Assembly: GCF_009557235.1 (NCBI RefSeq)
Contig: NZ_CP045650.1
Coordinates: forward strand, 2,310,001-2,342,000
DNA length: 32,000 nucleotides
DNA from: Acinetobacter wanghuae
Lineage (GTDB): Bacteria > Pseudomonadota > Gammaproteobacteria > Pseudomonadales > Moraxellaceae
Direction: 5' to 3'
The notes beneath the pieces are model-generated. The model was not told where the DNA came from. It ran no database searches and saw nothing but the letters and a program-made list of their open reading frames with translations. The translations under genes and the position numbers were made by a program. Below, piece after piece: positions 20,994 through 28,797 of this stretch. Every line of letters starts with the position of its first letter. Positions within the stretch are counted from its first letter, which is position 1.

Positions 20994-21707
20994 ATGGCAC
21001 ATTCAGCATTTAAAACACTTGGTATGACAGCAGGCTTAACAACAGCAATTCTGTTGACTGGCATGACCAGTCAAGCATTTGCGATGAGCCCTTTCCAAGC
21101 AACGTATCAATTTAGCTATAACGGTAAAAATGTCGGTTCTGCAACCCGTACATTAAGTAAGTCTGGAAATAACTGGAGCTATGTATTTGCTGCAAAAGCT
21201 GCAGGTTTAGCTTCAGCAACTGAAACCAGTCGATTTACCTTCAATAATGGCAAAATTAGTTCAAGCTCTTTTAGCCGTACCAGTAAAGTATTGGTACATA
21301 ACAACACCATGAGCATTAACTTCCATCCAAGCAGTAAAACCATTAGTACGAAAAAAGACAACGAATCACGTTCTTTTACTTGGAAAGCTGATGTTTTGGA
21401 TGAACTCAATGCTGAATTACAACTACGTGAAGACTTAAAAGGTTCAGGCTTAAAAGCAAATTATTATCTTGCCGATGCCAAAGAAATCGAAGCACGTAAG
21501 TTTGTGAAGCAAGGTTCTGAAAATGTAAAAACCAACTATGGCACATTCAACACCATCAAAGTGGTGATGAAACATGATAAACCGGGACGTGAAACAATCT
21601 TTTGGTTAGCGCCAAAACTGGACTACTTACCGGTCAAAGTATCACATGTTGACAAAAAAACATCTTATGCTTTATTGCTGACTGGCTACAAGGGCACAAG
21701 CAATTAA
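20994..21707 (+). CDS. secreted beta-rich protein, DUF3108-like
   Basis: Signal peptide MAHSAFKTLGMTAGLTTAILLTGMTSQAFA. The mature part has alternating beta-strand-like repeats (ATYQFSYNGKNVGSATRTLSKSGNNWSYVFAAKA...). The family name is recalled from memory, not verified. Confidence 0.5.
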   Translation: MAHSAFKTLGMTAGLTTAILLTGMTSQAFAMSPFQATYQFSYNGKNVGSATRTLSKSGNNWSYVFAAKAAGLASATETSRFTFNNGKISSSSFSRTSKVLVHNNTMSINFHPSSKTISTKKDNESRSFTWKADVLDELNAELQLREDLKGSGLKANYYLADAKEIEARKFVKQGSENVKTNYGTFNTIKVVMKHDKPGRETIFWLAPKLDYLPVKVSHVDKKTSYALLLTGYKGTSN

Positions 21708-21771
21708 ACAAAATTTCGTGAATTTAGCTTGATTTTTTTCAGTTGCTTTTTAAAATACGCTTTTGCTTTAA

Positions 21772-22374
<603 letters not shown>

Positions 22375-22399
22375 GATTGAACAATTCAAGATTGCAATT

Positions 22400-22425
22400 A
22401 AAGCGCTATGACAGCGCTTTTTTTG
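22400..22425 (+). terminator. intrinsic terminator after xpt
   Basis: AAGCGCT-ATGAC-AGCGCTT-TTTTT. Confidence 0.75.
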
Positions 22426-22647
22426 TGGCTATACATTATCAACCCCAACAATAAGCGTTCATTTTAAGAATATAAGAAATTAGAAATAAATAATTTGGAT
22501 GACTTTGCAATTGCGCTCTCTTTTAAAAAATAGAACAATTGCCTAACACAATTTATAACGATTGAATGCTTTATTTAAGACGCTGATATTGTTATTAAAG
22601 AGTGAGCTAACATTATAGAGTGCAGTATTTTCTGCCCCTCTCACGGA

Positions 22648-23070
22648 ATGAATCCTATGCAATGCCCAAAATGCGCTTCAACTGAAATTCAAACGCGCGA
22701 TCATGAACAACATTTGAAAAAAATTGGTGGCATTTTAATGACATCTGCAGGTGCGACCGCAGGCACAGTCGGCGGTGCAGCATCAGGTGCATCTATTGGT
22801 GCAGCCATCGGTACGGTGGCAGGTCCATTAGGCGTGATTGTCGGTGGAACAGTAGGAACGTTTGTCGGTGCGATTAGTGTTGGTATTACAGGCGGTGTTA
22901 TTGGCAATATCTTTGGCAAAAAAGCCGGGATTTCAGTCGATCGTAACGTTTTCCAAGATTACCAATGCCTAAAATGCAAACATCGCTTTAGTGTAAAACA
23001 GTCAGATGCTTCAAAAAAGCAGGAAGAAAACACTCAAGCGATTGACGACAACGCTCCCAAGGAAGACTAA
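22648..23070 (+). CDS. zinc-ribbon protein interrupted by a long glycine-zipper membrane segment (140 aa)
   Basis: C6-P-K-C9 and C107-L-K-C110 knuckles flank residues about 27-94, which are almost entirely G/A/S/T/V/I with repeated GxxxG/GxxxA spacing. The tail is charged. Confidence 0.6.
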   Translation: MNPMQCPKCASTEIQTRDHEQHLKKIGGILMTSAGATAGTVGGAASGASIGAAIGTVAGPLGVIVGGTVGTFVGAISVGITGGVIGNIFGKKAGISVDRNVFQDYQCLKCKHRFSVKQSDASKKQEENTQAIDDNAPKED

Positions 23071-23106
23071 GCATCAGGAAATGAACTTAGACGCATTTCC
23101 TGATGC
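23071..23106. terminator. perfect 13-bp hairpin between convergent genes (no T-tract)
   Basis: GCATCAGGAAATG (23071-23083), a 10-nt loop, then CATTTCCTGATGC (23094-23106). It starts immediately after the stop codon of the zinc-ribbon gene. Confidence 0.45.
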
Positions 23107-23114
23107 CAAACCCT

Positions 23115-23711
23115 TTAAGCTTGCACGAGCTTTTGCGTAATAGTGGCTAAACGCTTACCTTGCACTTCGCACAAAACTTTTTCATCTTGACTTAAAGACT
23201 GATCATGTCGTGCCCCACTGACATGACTTGCACCATACGGCGTGCCACCCGTTTTGGTATTGGATAATGCTGGATGAGCATTATTCAAGCCCATAATCAT
23301 CATACCGTGATGAAATAAAGGCGGTAGCATACTCAGCAATGTACTTTCTTGACCGCCATGCATCGAGCCTGACGAAGTAAACACGCAGGCAGGCTTATCG
23401 TGTAAAGCACCATTTAGCCAAAGACTGGTGGTTTGATCCCAGAAATACTTCATTTCCGATGCCATATTACCAAAGCGGGTTGGTGAACCCAGTGCCAATC
23501 CTGAACATTGTGCCAATTCATCTAAGGTGCAATAAATATCACCTTCTTCAGGAATACTCGCTTCGGCTTCTTTCACCACAGTCGATAAATTCGGTACTGT
23601 ACGAATCTTAACGTTCATTCCAGCTGCTTCAACACCGTTGGCAATCAAGTGTGCCATTTCTTTGGTTGAGCCATATTTGCTGTAATACAAAACCAGGACA
23701 TAAGGTTGCAT
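23115..23711 (-). CDS. wrbA: NAD(P)H:quinone oxidoreductase, WrbA family (flavodoxin-like)
   Basis: Blocks VLVLYYSKYGSTKEMA, SPTRFGNMASEMKYFWDQT, GGQESTLLSM, HHGMMIMG and GGTPYGASHV are collinear with E. coli WrbA. The ATG at 23711 gives 198 aa; the GTG at 23729 in the ORF track is less likely. Confidence 0.8.
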   Translation of the reverse strand: MQPYVLVLYYSKYGSTKEMAHLIANGVEAAGMNVKIRTVPNLSTVVKEAEASIPEEGDIYCTLDELAQCSGLALGSPTRFGNMASEMKYFWDQTTSLWLNGALHDKPACVFTSSGSMHGGQESTLLSMLPPLFHHGMMIMGLNNAHPALSNTKTGGTPYGASHVSGARHDQSLSQDEKVLCEVQGKRLATITQKLVQA

Positions 23712-23823
23712 AATAATGATGTCCAACACTCAAAAAAGAAAACTATACGGTATTTTGCATCATTTTTGGTTAAGCTGATGCTTGAAAATTCATGATGTAT
23801 AAGAATATTGAGATAGAAAGCGC

Positions 23824-25071
23824 ATGATCCTTGAATATTTAAAGAAGTTACCTTTTTATGAGAAGCATTGGTTTCAGTTTATTTTATTTGTGTTGCGTCG
23901 CTTTGAAGCCGATCGTTGCCGTGAACAAGCCGGTTCTCTGACCTATACCACGCTTTTTGCTGTGGTGCCGATGTTGACAGTTTTTTTAGTCATCATTTCC
24001 TCGATTAAAGCCCTAGAACCTGCACGACAACAATTACAACAGCTGATCTATAGTAACTTTTTACCCAAAACCACCATCGCTTTTGATAAAGCCCTAAATG
24101 CCTTCACAGACAAATCCAGTAACCTCACGGTCATTGGGGTGCTGTTCTTATTTATCACCACCGTGATGATGCTGACCAGTATCGAAACTGTATTTAACCG
24201 AATTTGGCGTGTGACTGAAACACGTGGCGGTATTATTGGCTTTATGCGTTATTGGACAATTATTTCTTTGGGTCCAATTTTGCTCGGTAGCGCCTTTGTG
24301 ATTTCGTCTACCTTAGCCTCGTTAAATGTTTTGAGTAACAACTTCGCGGGTTATGAGTTGGATGGTGCTTTTATTCTTTGGATGATTTCTTTTGCGCTCA
24401 CCATTTTAGGCTTCTTTATTTTATATTGGACTATTCCTAATCGAAGTGTCCCCATTAAAGCCGCGTTAATTGCTGGTATTTTTAGTGCTGTAGTATTTGA
24501 GTTACTCAAAAATCTTTTTGGTTTTGTGATGTCTAACTTCACCAGTTATCAAATTGTGTATGGTGCTTTTGCTGCTGTTCCTATTTTCCTGTTATGGATT
24601 TACTTGTCTTGGAACATCGTCTTACTTGGCGTTGAAATCAGTTATGCACTCACCGCTTTTGAATCTGGACAAGATCAAAAACGTCATCCAATTCTCATGT
24701 TAATCGACCTGTTAGCATTGTTCTATGCCAAACAAAAAACCGGTGAAAGTATCAGTGAAGGCGAAGCATTGGAAGTCCTTGGACGTGACGAAATTGGACG
24801 TTGGCCAAGTTATGTCAGTATGTTTGAACAGCAAAATCTGATTAAACGAACTGACGATAATGAATATGTATTAGTACGTGATTTAGATCATGTCAACTTT
24901 TGGGATTTTTATCGCCAGCTGCCTTATCCCCTACCTCAAGAAAAGCAAATTACTCAAGGGGATGCCAATGATGAGTGGATGCAAAATCTTTCTCCACCTT
25001 TACTTGAAGCCGACAGCTACTTACGCGAAAAACTAAGTTTCCCATTGTCGTCTTTGTTTAATCGACGTTAA
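23824..25071 (+). CDS. YihY/BrkB-family inner membrane protein (formerly annotated RNase BN)
   Basis: N-terminal signature RFEADRCREQAGSLTYTTLFAVVPMLTV, six hydrophobic helices, and a cytoplasmic C-terminal extension. Confidence 0.8.
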   Translation: MILEYLKKLPFYEKHWFQFILFVLRRFEADRCREQAGSLTYTTLFAVVPMLTVFLVIISSIKALEPARQQLQQLIYSNFLPKTTIAFDKALNAFTDKSSNLTVIGVLFLFITTVMMLTSIETVFNRIWRVTETRGGIIGFMRYWTIISLGPILLGSAFVISSTLASLNVLSNNFAGYELDGAFILWMISFALTILGFFILYWTIPNRSVPIKAALIAGIFSAVVFELLKNLFGFVMSNFTSYQIVYGAFAAVPIFLLWIYLSWNIVLLGVEISYALTAFESGQDQKRHPILMLIDLLALFYAKQKTGESISEGEALEVLGRDEIGRWPSYVSMFEQQNLIKRTDDNEYVLVRDLDHVNFWDFYRQLPYPLPQEKQITQGDANDEWMQNLSPPLLEADSYLREKLSFPLSSLFNRR

Positions 25072-25087
25072 GTCCAAATCTACGCCA

Positions 25088-25118
25088 TAAAAAAGGCTGC
25101 ACTATGGCAGCCTTTTTT
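25088..25118. terminator. bidirectional intrinsic terminator
   Basis: AAAAAA-GGCTGC-ACTATG-GCAGCC-TTTTTT between convergent genes. Confidence 0.7.
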
Positions 25119-25129
25119 AATACGCAACT

Positions 25130-25771
25130 TTATTTAACAAACGTCGTCCACACGTAATCCTGAGATTGACCTTTTAATGTCATTTTTAACTGATCGCCTG
25201 ACTGTAAAGCGGCAACACCTGCAGGTGTACCTGTCATCACCACATCGCCCGGTTCTAAAGTAAAGGCTTGGCTAATGTCTGTCAGCAAGGTGCCGATATC
25301 AAAAATAAGATGCGAGGTATCCCCTGTTTGGCGCAGCTCATGATTCACTTCAAAGCTGTAATGCACGTCGTTCCAATCCGCAACGACATCTTCCACTGCA
25401 ATCCAATCTGAAAGCACACATGAACCATCATAAGCTTTTGAGCGCTCCCAAGGCTGACCTTTTTGCTTTAAGTCATCTTGTTGGTCACGCAAGGTTAAAT
25501 CCAAACCCAAAGTCACCGCACCAACAGCCGCCAAGGCTTTAGCAGGATCGGTCTCATTTTTCAACGTCTGGTCAATACGTAGGCTCAGTTCACATTCATA
25601 ATGGCAACTGCCCAAATCACGATTCCACTCAATGCCTTGCTCTAGTGTCGCTAAAGCACTCGGTGGCTTCATAAATAATACGGGACTGGTCGGCACAGCA
25701 TTGCCTAATTCTCTCGCATGATCTGCATAACTACGACCGACACACACAATTTTAGATGGACGTGTACTCAT
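25130..25771 (-). CDS. ycgM: fumarylacetoacetate hydrolase-family protein (YcgM-like oxaloacetate decarboxylase/tautomerase)
   Basis: Collinear with E. coli YcgM: SKIVCVGRSYADHARELGNAVPTSPVLFMKP, GLDLTLRDQQDDLKQKGQPWERSKAYDGSC, FTLEPGDVVMTGTPAGVAALQSGD. Confidence 0.85.
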   Translation of the reverse strand: MSTRPSKIVCVGRSYADHARELGNAVPTSPVLFMKPPSALATLEQGIEWNRDLGSCHYECELSLRIDQTLKNETDPAKALAAVGAVTLGLDLTLRDQQDDLKQKGQPWERSKAYDGSCVLSDWIAVEDVVADWNDVHYSFEVNHELRQTGDTSHLIFDIGTLLTDISQAFTLEPGDVVMTGTPAGVAALQSGDQLKMTLKGQSQDYVWTTFVK

Positions 25772-25797
25772 GATGTGTTGCTTCCTTTCCCTTGAAC

Positions 25798-26295
25798 TTA
25801 TTTCTTAAATGTATTTTCAAAAAGTGTTTGCTCTGTGGCATCTTTAAATGCACGTTTGGGTACAATCACGACCGTTTTGCTTTTTAGCTCAATCATGTAA
25901 GTCAGCTTGCCTGCCGCAAATTTTTGTACTTCGCCATACGGCACAACCTTAGTGCGTCCATCGTTATAAAGTTCAGCATAATCTTGGAACAACGCAATGC
26001 CCTGCTCGCTTTTACCAAACTGATATTTGACGAATTGGCGTTTAAACATCATCGGTAAGAACCAATAACGCATTAAAAGTTGCATAATCAGGAAAAATGC
26101 ACCTAAGCCAACATAGTATCGACCAACTCCACTGAAGCCCATGGAAAAGCCCCAGATGATAATACCGATACTGACCAACGGCGTCAGAAACTGAGTAAAT
26201 TGCTTTTTACCAAAGGTCGCCAAGGCAAAACCATCTTGAGATTCTTCTAAATTTAGAAAATAACGGGTGGATAAAGTAGGTTTTGGCTCGGACAT
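25798..26295 (-). CDS. membrane protein, YcxB-like (two TM helices plus a small C-terminal domain)
   Basis: Two adjacent hydrophobic helices (LTPLVSIGIIIWGFSMGF and YYVGLGAFFLIMQLL), then a soluble beta-rich tail ending VVIVPKRAF. It starts 26 bp upstream of the FAH gene on the same strand. The family name is from memory. Confidence 0.45.
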   Translation of the reverse strand: MSEPKPTLSTRYFLNLEESQDGFALATFGKKQFTQFLTPLVSIGIIIWGFSMGFSGVGRYYVGLGAFFLIMQLLMRYWFLPMMFKRQFVKYQFGKSEQGIALFQDYAELYNDGRTKVVPYGEVQKFAAGKLTYMIELKSKTVVIVPKRAFKDATEQTLFENTFKK

Positions 26296-26455
26296 AACAT
26301 CACATTAAATATATAAAATCTTGGTTCAATACTATACCAAAATCTATTCAGTCCTGATTCATTCTGAAAGGATTTACATATATTTGCTTTCGCTTTCCAC
26401 TAAAAACCTTTTTAATTCGAAAAACGAAAACAAAAATCAAACAACAGGACGTTGT

Positions 26456-27757
26456 ATGAAGAACCTATTCAAATCCGTCGTGATCAGCACGTGTCTGTGC
26501 ATGAATCACTCAGCATTTGCCAAGTTAGTGCATTGGAATCCGCAAATTCCGAGCAGCCTCGACAGCTTCAATGGTGATGCAGCACAACTTGCAGACTTAA
26601 CGGGCAACCGAATTTTCATTTATGCGCATCCGCAGCAAAAAATTAAATTGCCGACCTTTGAGGTCAATAACGCACGTACAGCTCAATTTTATAGTGCTGC
26701 TGTCGTTTTACCGACATCTACGGGCAAAGTTGAACAATTACTTAAACATTTTCCCAACTATGTCGGGTTATTCCCCACTTTAAAATCAGCCAAAGTGATT
26801 GAATCATCAGGCAATATTCAACAAGTGAAATATCAGGTGCATATTCCTACACCCATTCCAGTACTCAATTTTAAAGAAAATGTGCTGATGCAACATCAGG
26901 TGGATAAAAACAGTATTAGTACGCTGATCATTGATGCGCCGATTCCTTTTGCTGCAGGGAAACTCGAATGGTTTGCCTTAGCTGAAAACAAAACTTTAAT
27001 GACCGTCACCCAATGGGGTGATTTAAATCAGCCCAAAGGTTTTTTATTTTCTAAAATTTTAAATGCATTACCTGAAGCCAAATTAGGTATTTCATCGGGT
27101 ACCAATGCTTTTTTGCTCGAAGCCCTGCAACAGCGCTTTAAATCGTCAAATCCAATTGCACTGCCAGACGGTCAAATTCCTCAAATACAACTCAATGCCC
27201 AACAACGACAAAAAATAGCGAACTTAAGTCAACAGTCTTCACAACCTGTGAGTTTTATATTACCGAGTTATCAAATTAAACAAGCGAAAGCGGTTGAGCA
27301 GTTAAGGTTTAGTACGACTTATCATTACTATCCACAACCCGCAGAAAAACTCCAACCTTGGCTCACTGCCAATGCCAGTCAGCAGCTTTTTCCCAAGCAA
27401 ATTAAGCGAGTCGATTTAAAGCAACATAATGCCCAAAATGTCGATGCGCATTTTAAGGTCTCGGTTGGTCTGGGTGTGATTCAAATTCCATTTAATTTTA
27501 ACGTGCGTTTCCATCAAGCTGATGCCTCGCAAAATCAATACAACGCGATTGGTGGCGATCTTAAGTATGTAAAAGGCGGGATGAAACTATTGCCACAAGC
27601 GCAAGGCACGCTGTTGCAAATGACCACAAGTTTAAAAATAGACAATGATGCGCCATTTTTAATCCGAGCCATGCGTAGTATGCCCTACCATGATCTTTTG
27701 CCTGCGGTCGGTGCCAATACGGTCTACGCTTTAAAAGTACAGCAAAAGCTTAGATAG
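26456..27757 (+). CDS. secreted hypothetical protein, 433 aa (start at 26456, not 26321)
   Basis: The ATG at 26456 is preceded by AGGA and gives a classic signal peptide, MKNLFKSVVISTCLCMNHSAFA. The upstream extension in the ORF track is AT-rich, low-complexity sequence in the divergent promoter region. Confidence 0.6.
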   Translation: MKNLFKSVVISTCLCMNHSAFAKLVHWNPQIPSSLDSFNGDAAQLADLTGNRIFIYAHPQQKIKLPTFEVNNARTAQFYSAAVVLPTSTGKVEQLLKHFPNYVGLFPTLKSAKVIESSGNIQQVKYQVHIPTPIPVLNFKENVLMQHQVDKNSISTLIIDAPIPFAAGKLEWFALAENKTLMTVTQWGDLNQPKGFLFSKILNALPEAKLGISSGTNAFLLEALQQRFKSSNPIALPDGQIPQIQLNAQQRQKIANLSQQSSQPVSFILPSYQIKQAKAVEQLRFSTTYHYYPQPAEKLQPWLTANASQQLFPKQIKRVDLKQHNAQNVDAHFKVSVGLGVIQIPFNFNVRFHQADASQNQYNAIGGDLKYVKGGMKLLPQAQGTLLQMTTSLKIDNDAPFLIRAMRSMPYHDLLPAVGANTVYALKVQQKLR

Positions 27758-27811
27758 TTGTTATCTTCGATTTATTGTTTTTTTATATAGCCCAAGTAAA
27801 ACAATAGACGT

Positions 27812-27841
27812 AAAAAAACCGCATCAATGTGCGGTTTTTTC
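27812..27841. terminator. bidirectional intrinsic terminator (ends the 433-aa gene and the minus-strand tRNA-Arg)
   Basis: AAAAAAA-CCGCA-TCAATG-TGCGG-TTTTTT. Confidence 0.75.
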
Positions 27842-27858
27842 AGAATTCTTATCAAGAT

Positions 27859-27935
27859 TGGTGCGCTCAGAGAGATTCGAACTCCCGACCCCTTAGTTCG
27901 TAGCCAAGTGCTCTATCCAGCTGAGCTATGAGCGC
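27859..27935 (-). tRNA. tRNA-Arg (anticodon ACG), copy 3 in transcription order
   Basis: The reverse complement is GCGCTCATAGCTCAGCTGGATAGAGCACTTGGCTACGAACTAAGGGGTCGGGAGTTCGAATCTCTCTGAGCGCACCA. The anticodon loop is CTACGAA. Confidence 0.95.
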
Positions 27936-27953
27936 GACGTCTTGATGGGATGC

Positions 27954-27981
27954 ATTATACGGAGTTTTATCATCTTGTTAA
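27954..27981 (-). promoter_or_regulatory. putative dedicated promoter for the distal tRNA-Arg: TTAACA - 16 bp - TATAAT
   Basis: The minus strand reads tttttattaaaaaagacTTAACAagatgataaaactccgTATAATgcatccc. The -10 lies about 19 nt upstream of the tRNA 5' end, and the region further upstream is AT-rich. Confidence 0.5.
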
Positions 27982-28193
27982 GTCTTTTTTAATAAAAACC
28001 AAATCAAATGAACAACAATTAAACAATAGCCCTATGCAAATGATATTTCGTGGAAATATCATACAGATTTAGAGTTAAAAACACTTAATAGATCGATTGA
28101 AGAATGTAGAAAGAATAAAGTTGGGAAGATAAATACGCTTGAATGTTATTTTTATATAAACCTGAATCAAAGCAAAACGCAAATTTCAGGCAC

Positions 28194-28218
28194 AAAAAAA
28201 CCGCTGCTAATGCGGTTT
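28194..28218 (-). terminator. weak terminator-like hairpin after the second tRNA-Arg
   Basis: The minus strand reads AAACCGC-ATTAGCA-GCGGTTTTTTT. The GC core is only 4 bp. It resembles the terminator at 27812-27841. Confidence 0.4.
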
Positions 28219-28242
28219 AATGTTCATCTTGCGATGTTAAGT

Positions 28243-28319
28243 TGGTGCGCTCAGAGAGATTCGAACTCCCGACCCCTTAGTTCGTAGCCAAGTGCTCTAT
28301 CCAGCTGAGCTATGAGCGC
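28243..28319 (-). tRNA. tRNA-Arg (anticodon ACG), copy 2
   Basis: 77/77 identical to 27859-27935. Confidence 0.95.
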
Positions 28320-28352
28320 ATTACTTAGGTTTACGTTAACATCTTTACTTAT

Positions 28353-28429
28353 TGGTGCGCTCAGAGAGATTCGAACTCCCGACCCCTTAGTTCGTAGCCA
28401 AGTGCTCTATCCAGCTGAGCTATGAGCGC
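28353..28429 (-). tRNA. tRNA-Arg (anticodon ACG), copy 1
   Basis: 77/77 identical to 27859-27935. Confidence 0.95.
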
Positions 28430-28443
28430 GACATAAGTAAAGT

Positions 28444-28533
28444 TGGCGGTGAGAGAGGGATTCGAACCCTCGATACAGTTACCCGTATGCATCCTTAGCA
28501 GGGATGTGGTTTCAGCCACTCACCCATCTCACC
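28444..28533 (-). tRNA. tRNA-Ser (anticodon GCT), long variable arm
   Basis: The reverse complement is GGTGAGATGGGTGAGTGGCTGAAACCACATCCCTGCTAAGGATGCATACGGGTAACTGTATCGAGGGTTCGAATCCCTCTCTCACCGCCA. The anticodon loop is CTGCTAA. Confidence 0.9.
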
Positions 28534-28546
28534 GTAACGTGGTGGC

Positions 28547-28575
28547 ATAATACAAAGTTCGTGCATGGACTGCAA
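28547..28575 (-). promoter_or_regulatory. putative tRNA-operon promoter: TTGCAG - 17 bp - TATTAT with a GC-rich discriminator
   Basis: The minus strand reads TTGCAGtccatgcacgaactttgTATTATgccaccacg. The -10 lies about 14 nt upstream of the tRNA-Ser 5' end, and an AT-rich tract lies upstream (28576-28620). Confidence 0.55.
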
Positions 28576-28797
28576 GCTTCACATTGAAAAAAAGTGTATA
28601 TATTTGCTTGTTTAAATACTTTTTAAGCGATTTGCATTTATTTCGTACATTCAGTGTACAAATTTACCAATTCGCATTTCCAGTTATCGAAAATAAACTC
28701 AAAATCTAAAACTTACACAGATTATTGCAATCATTTACGTGCAGTCTGTGCGTACATGACTTATGCTAATCCCATCTCCTGACATAAAATTTAAGAT

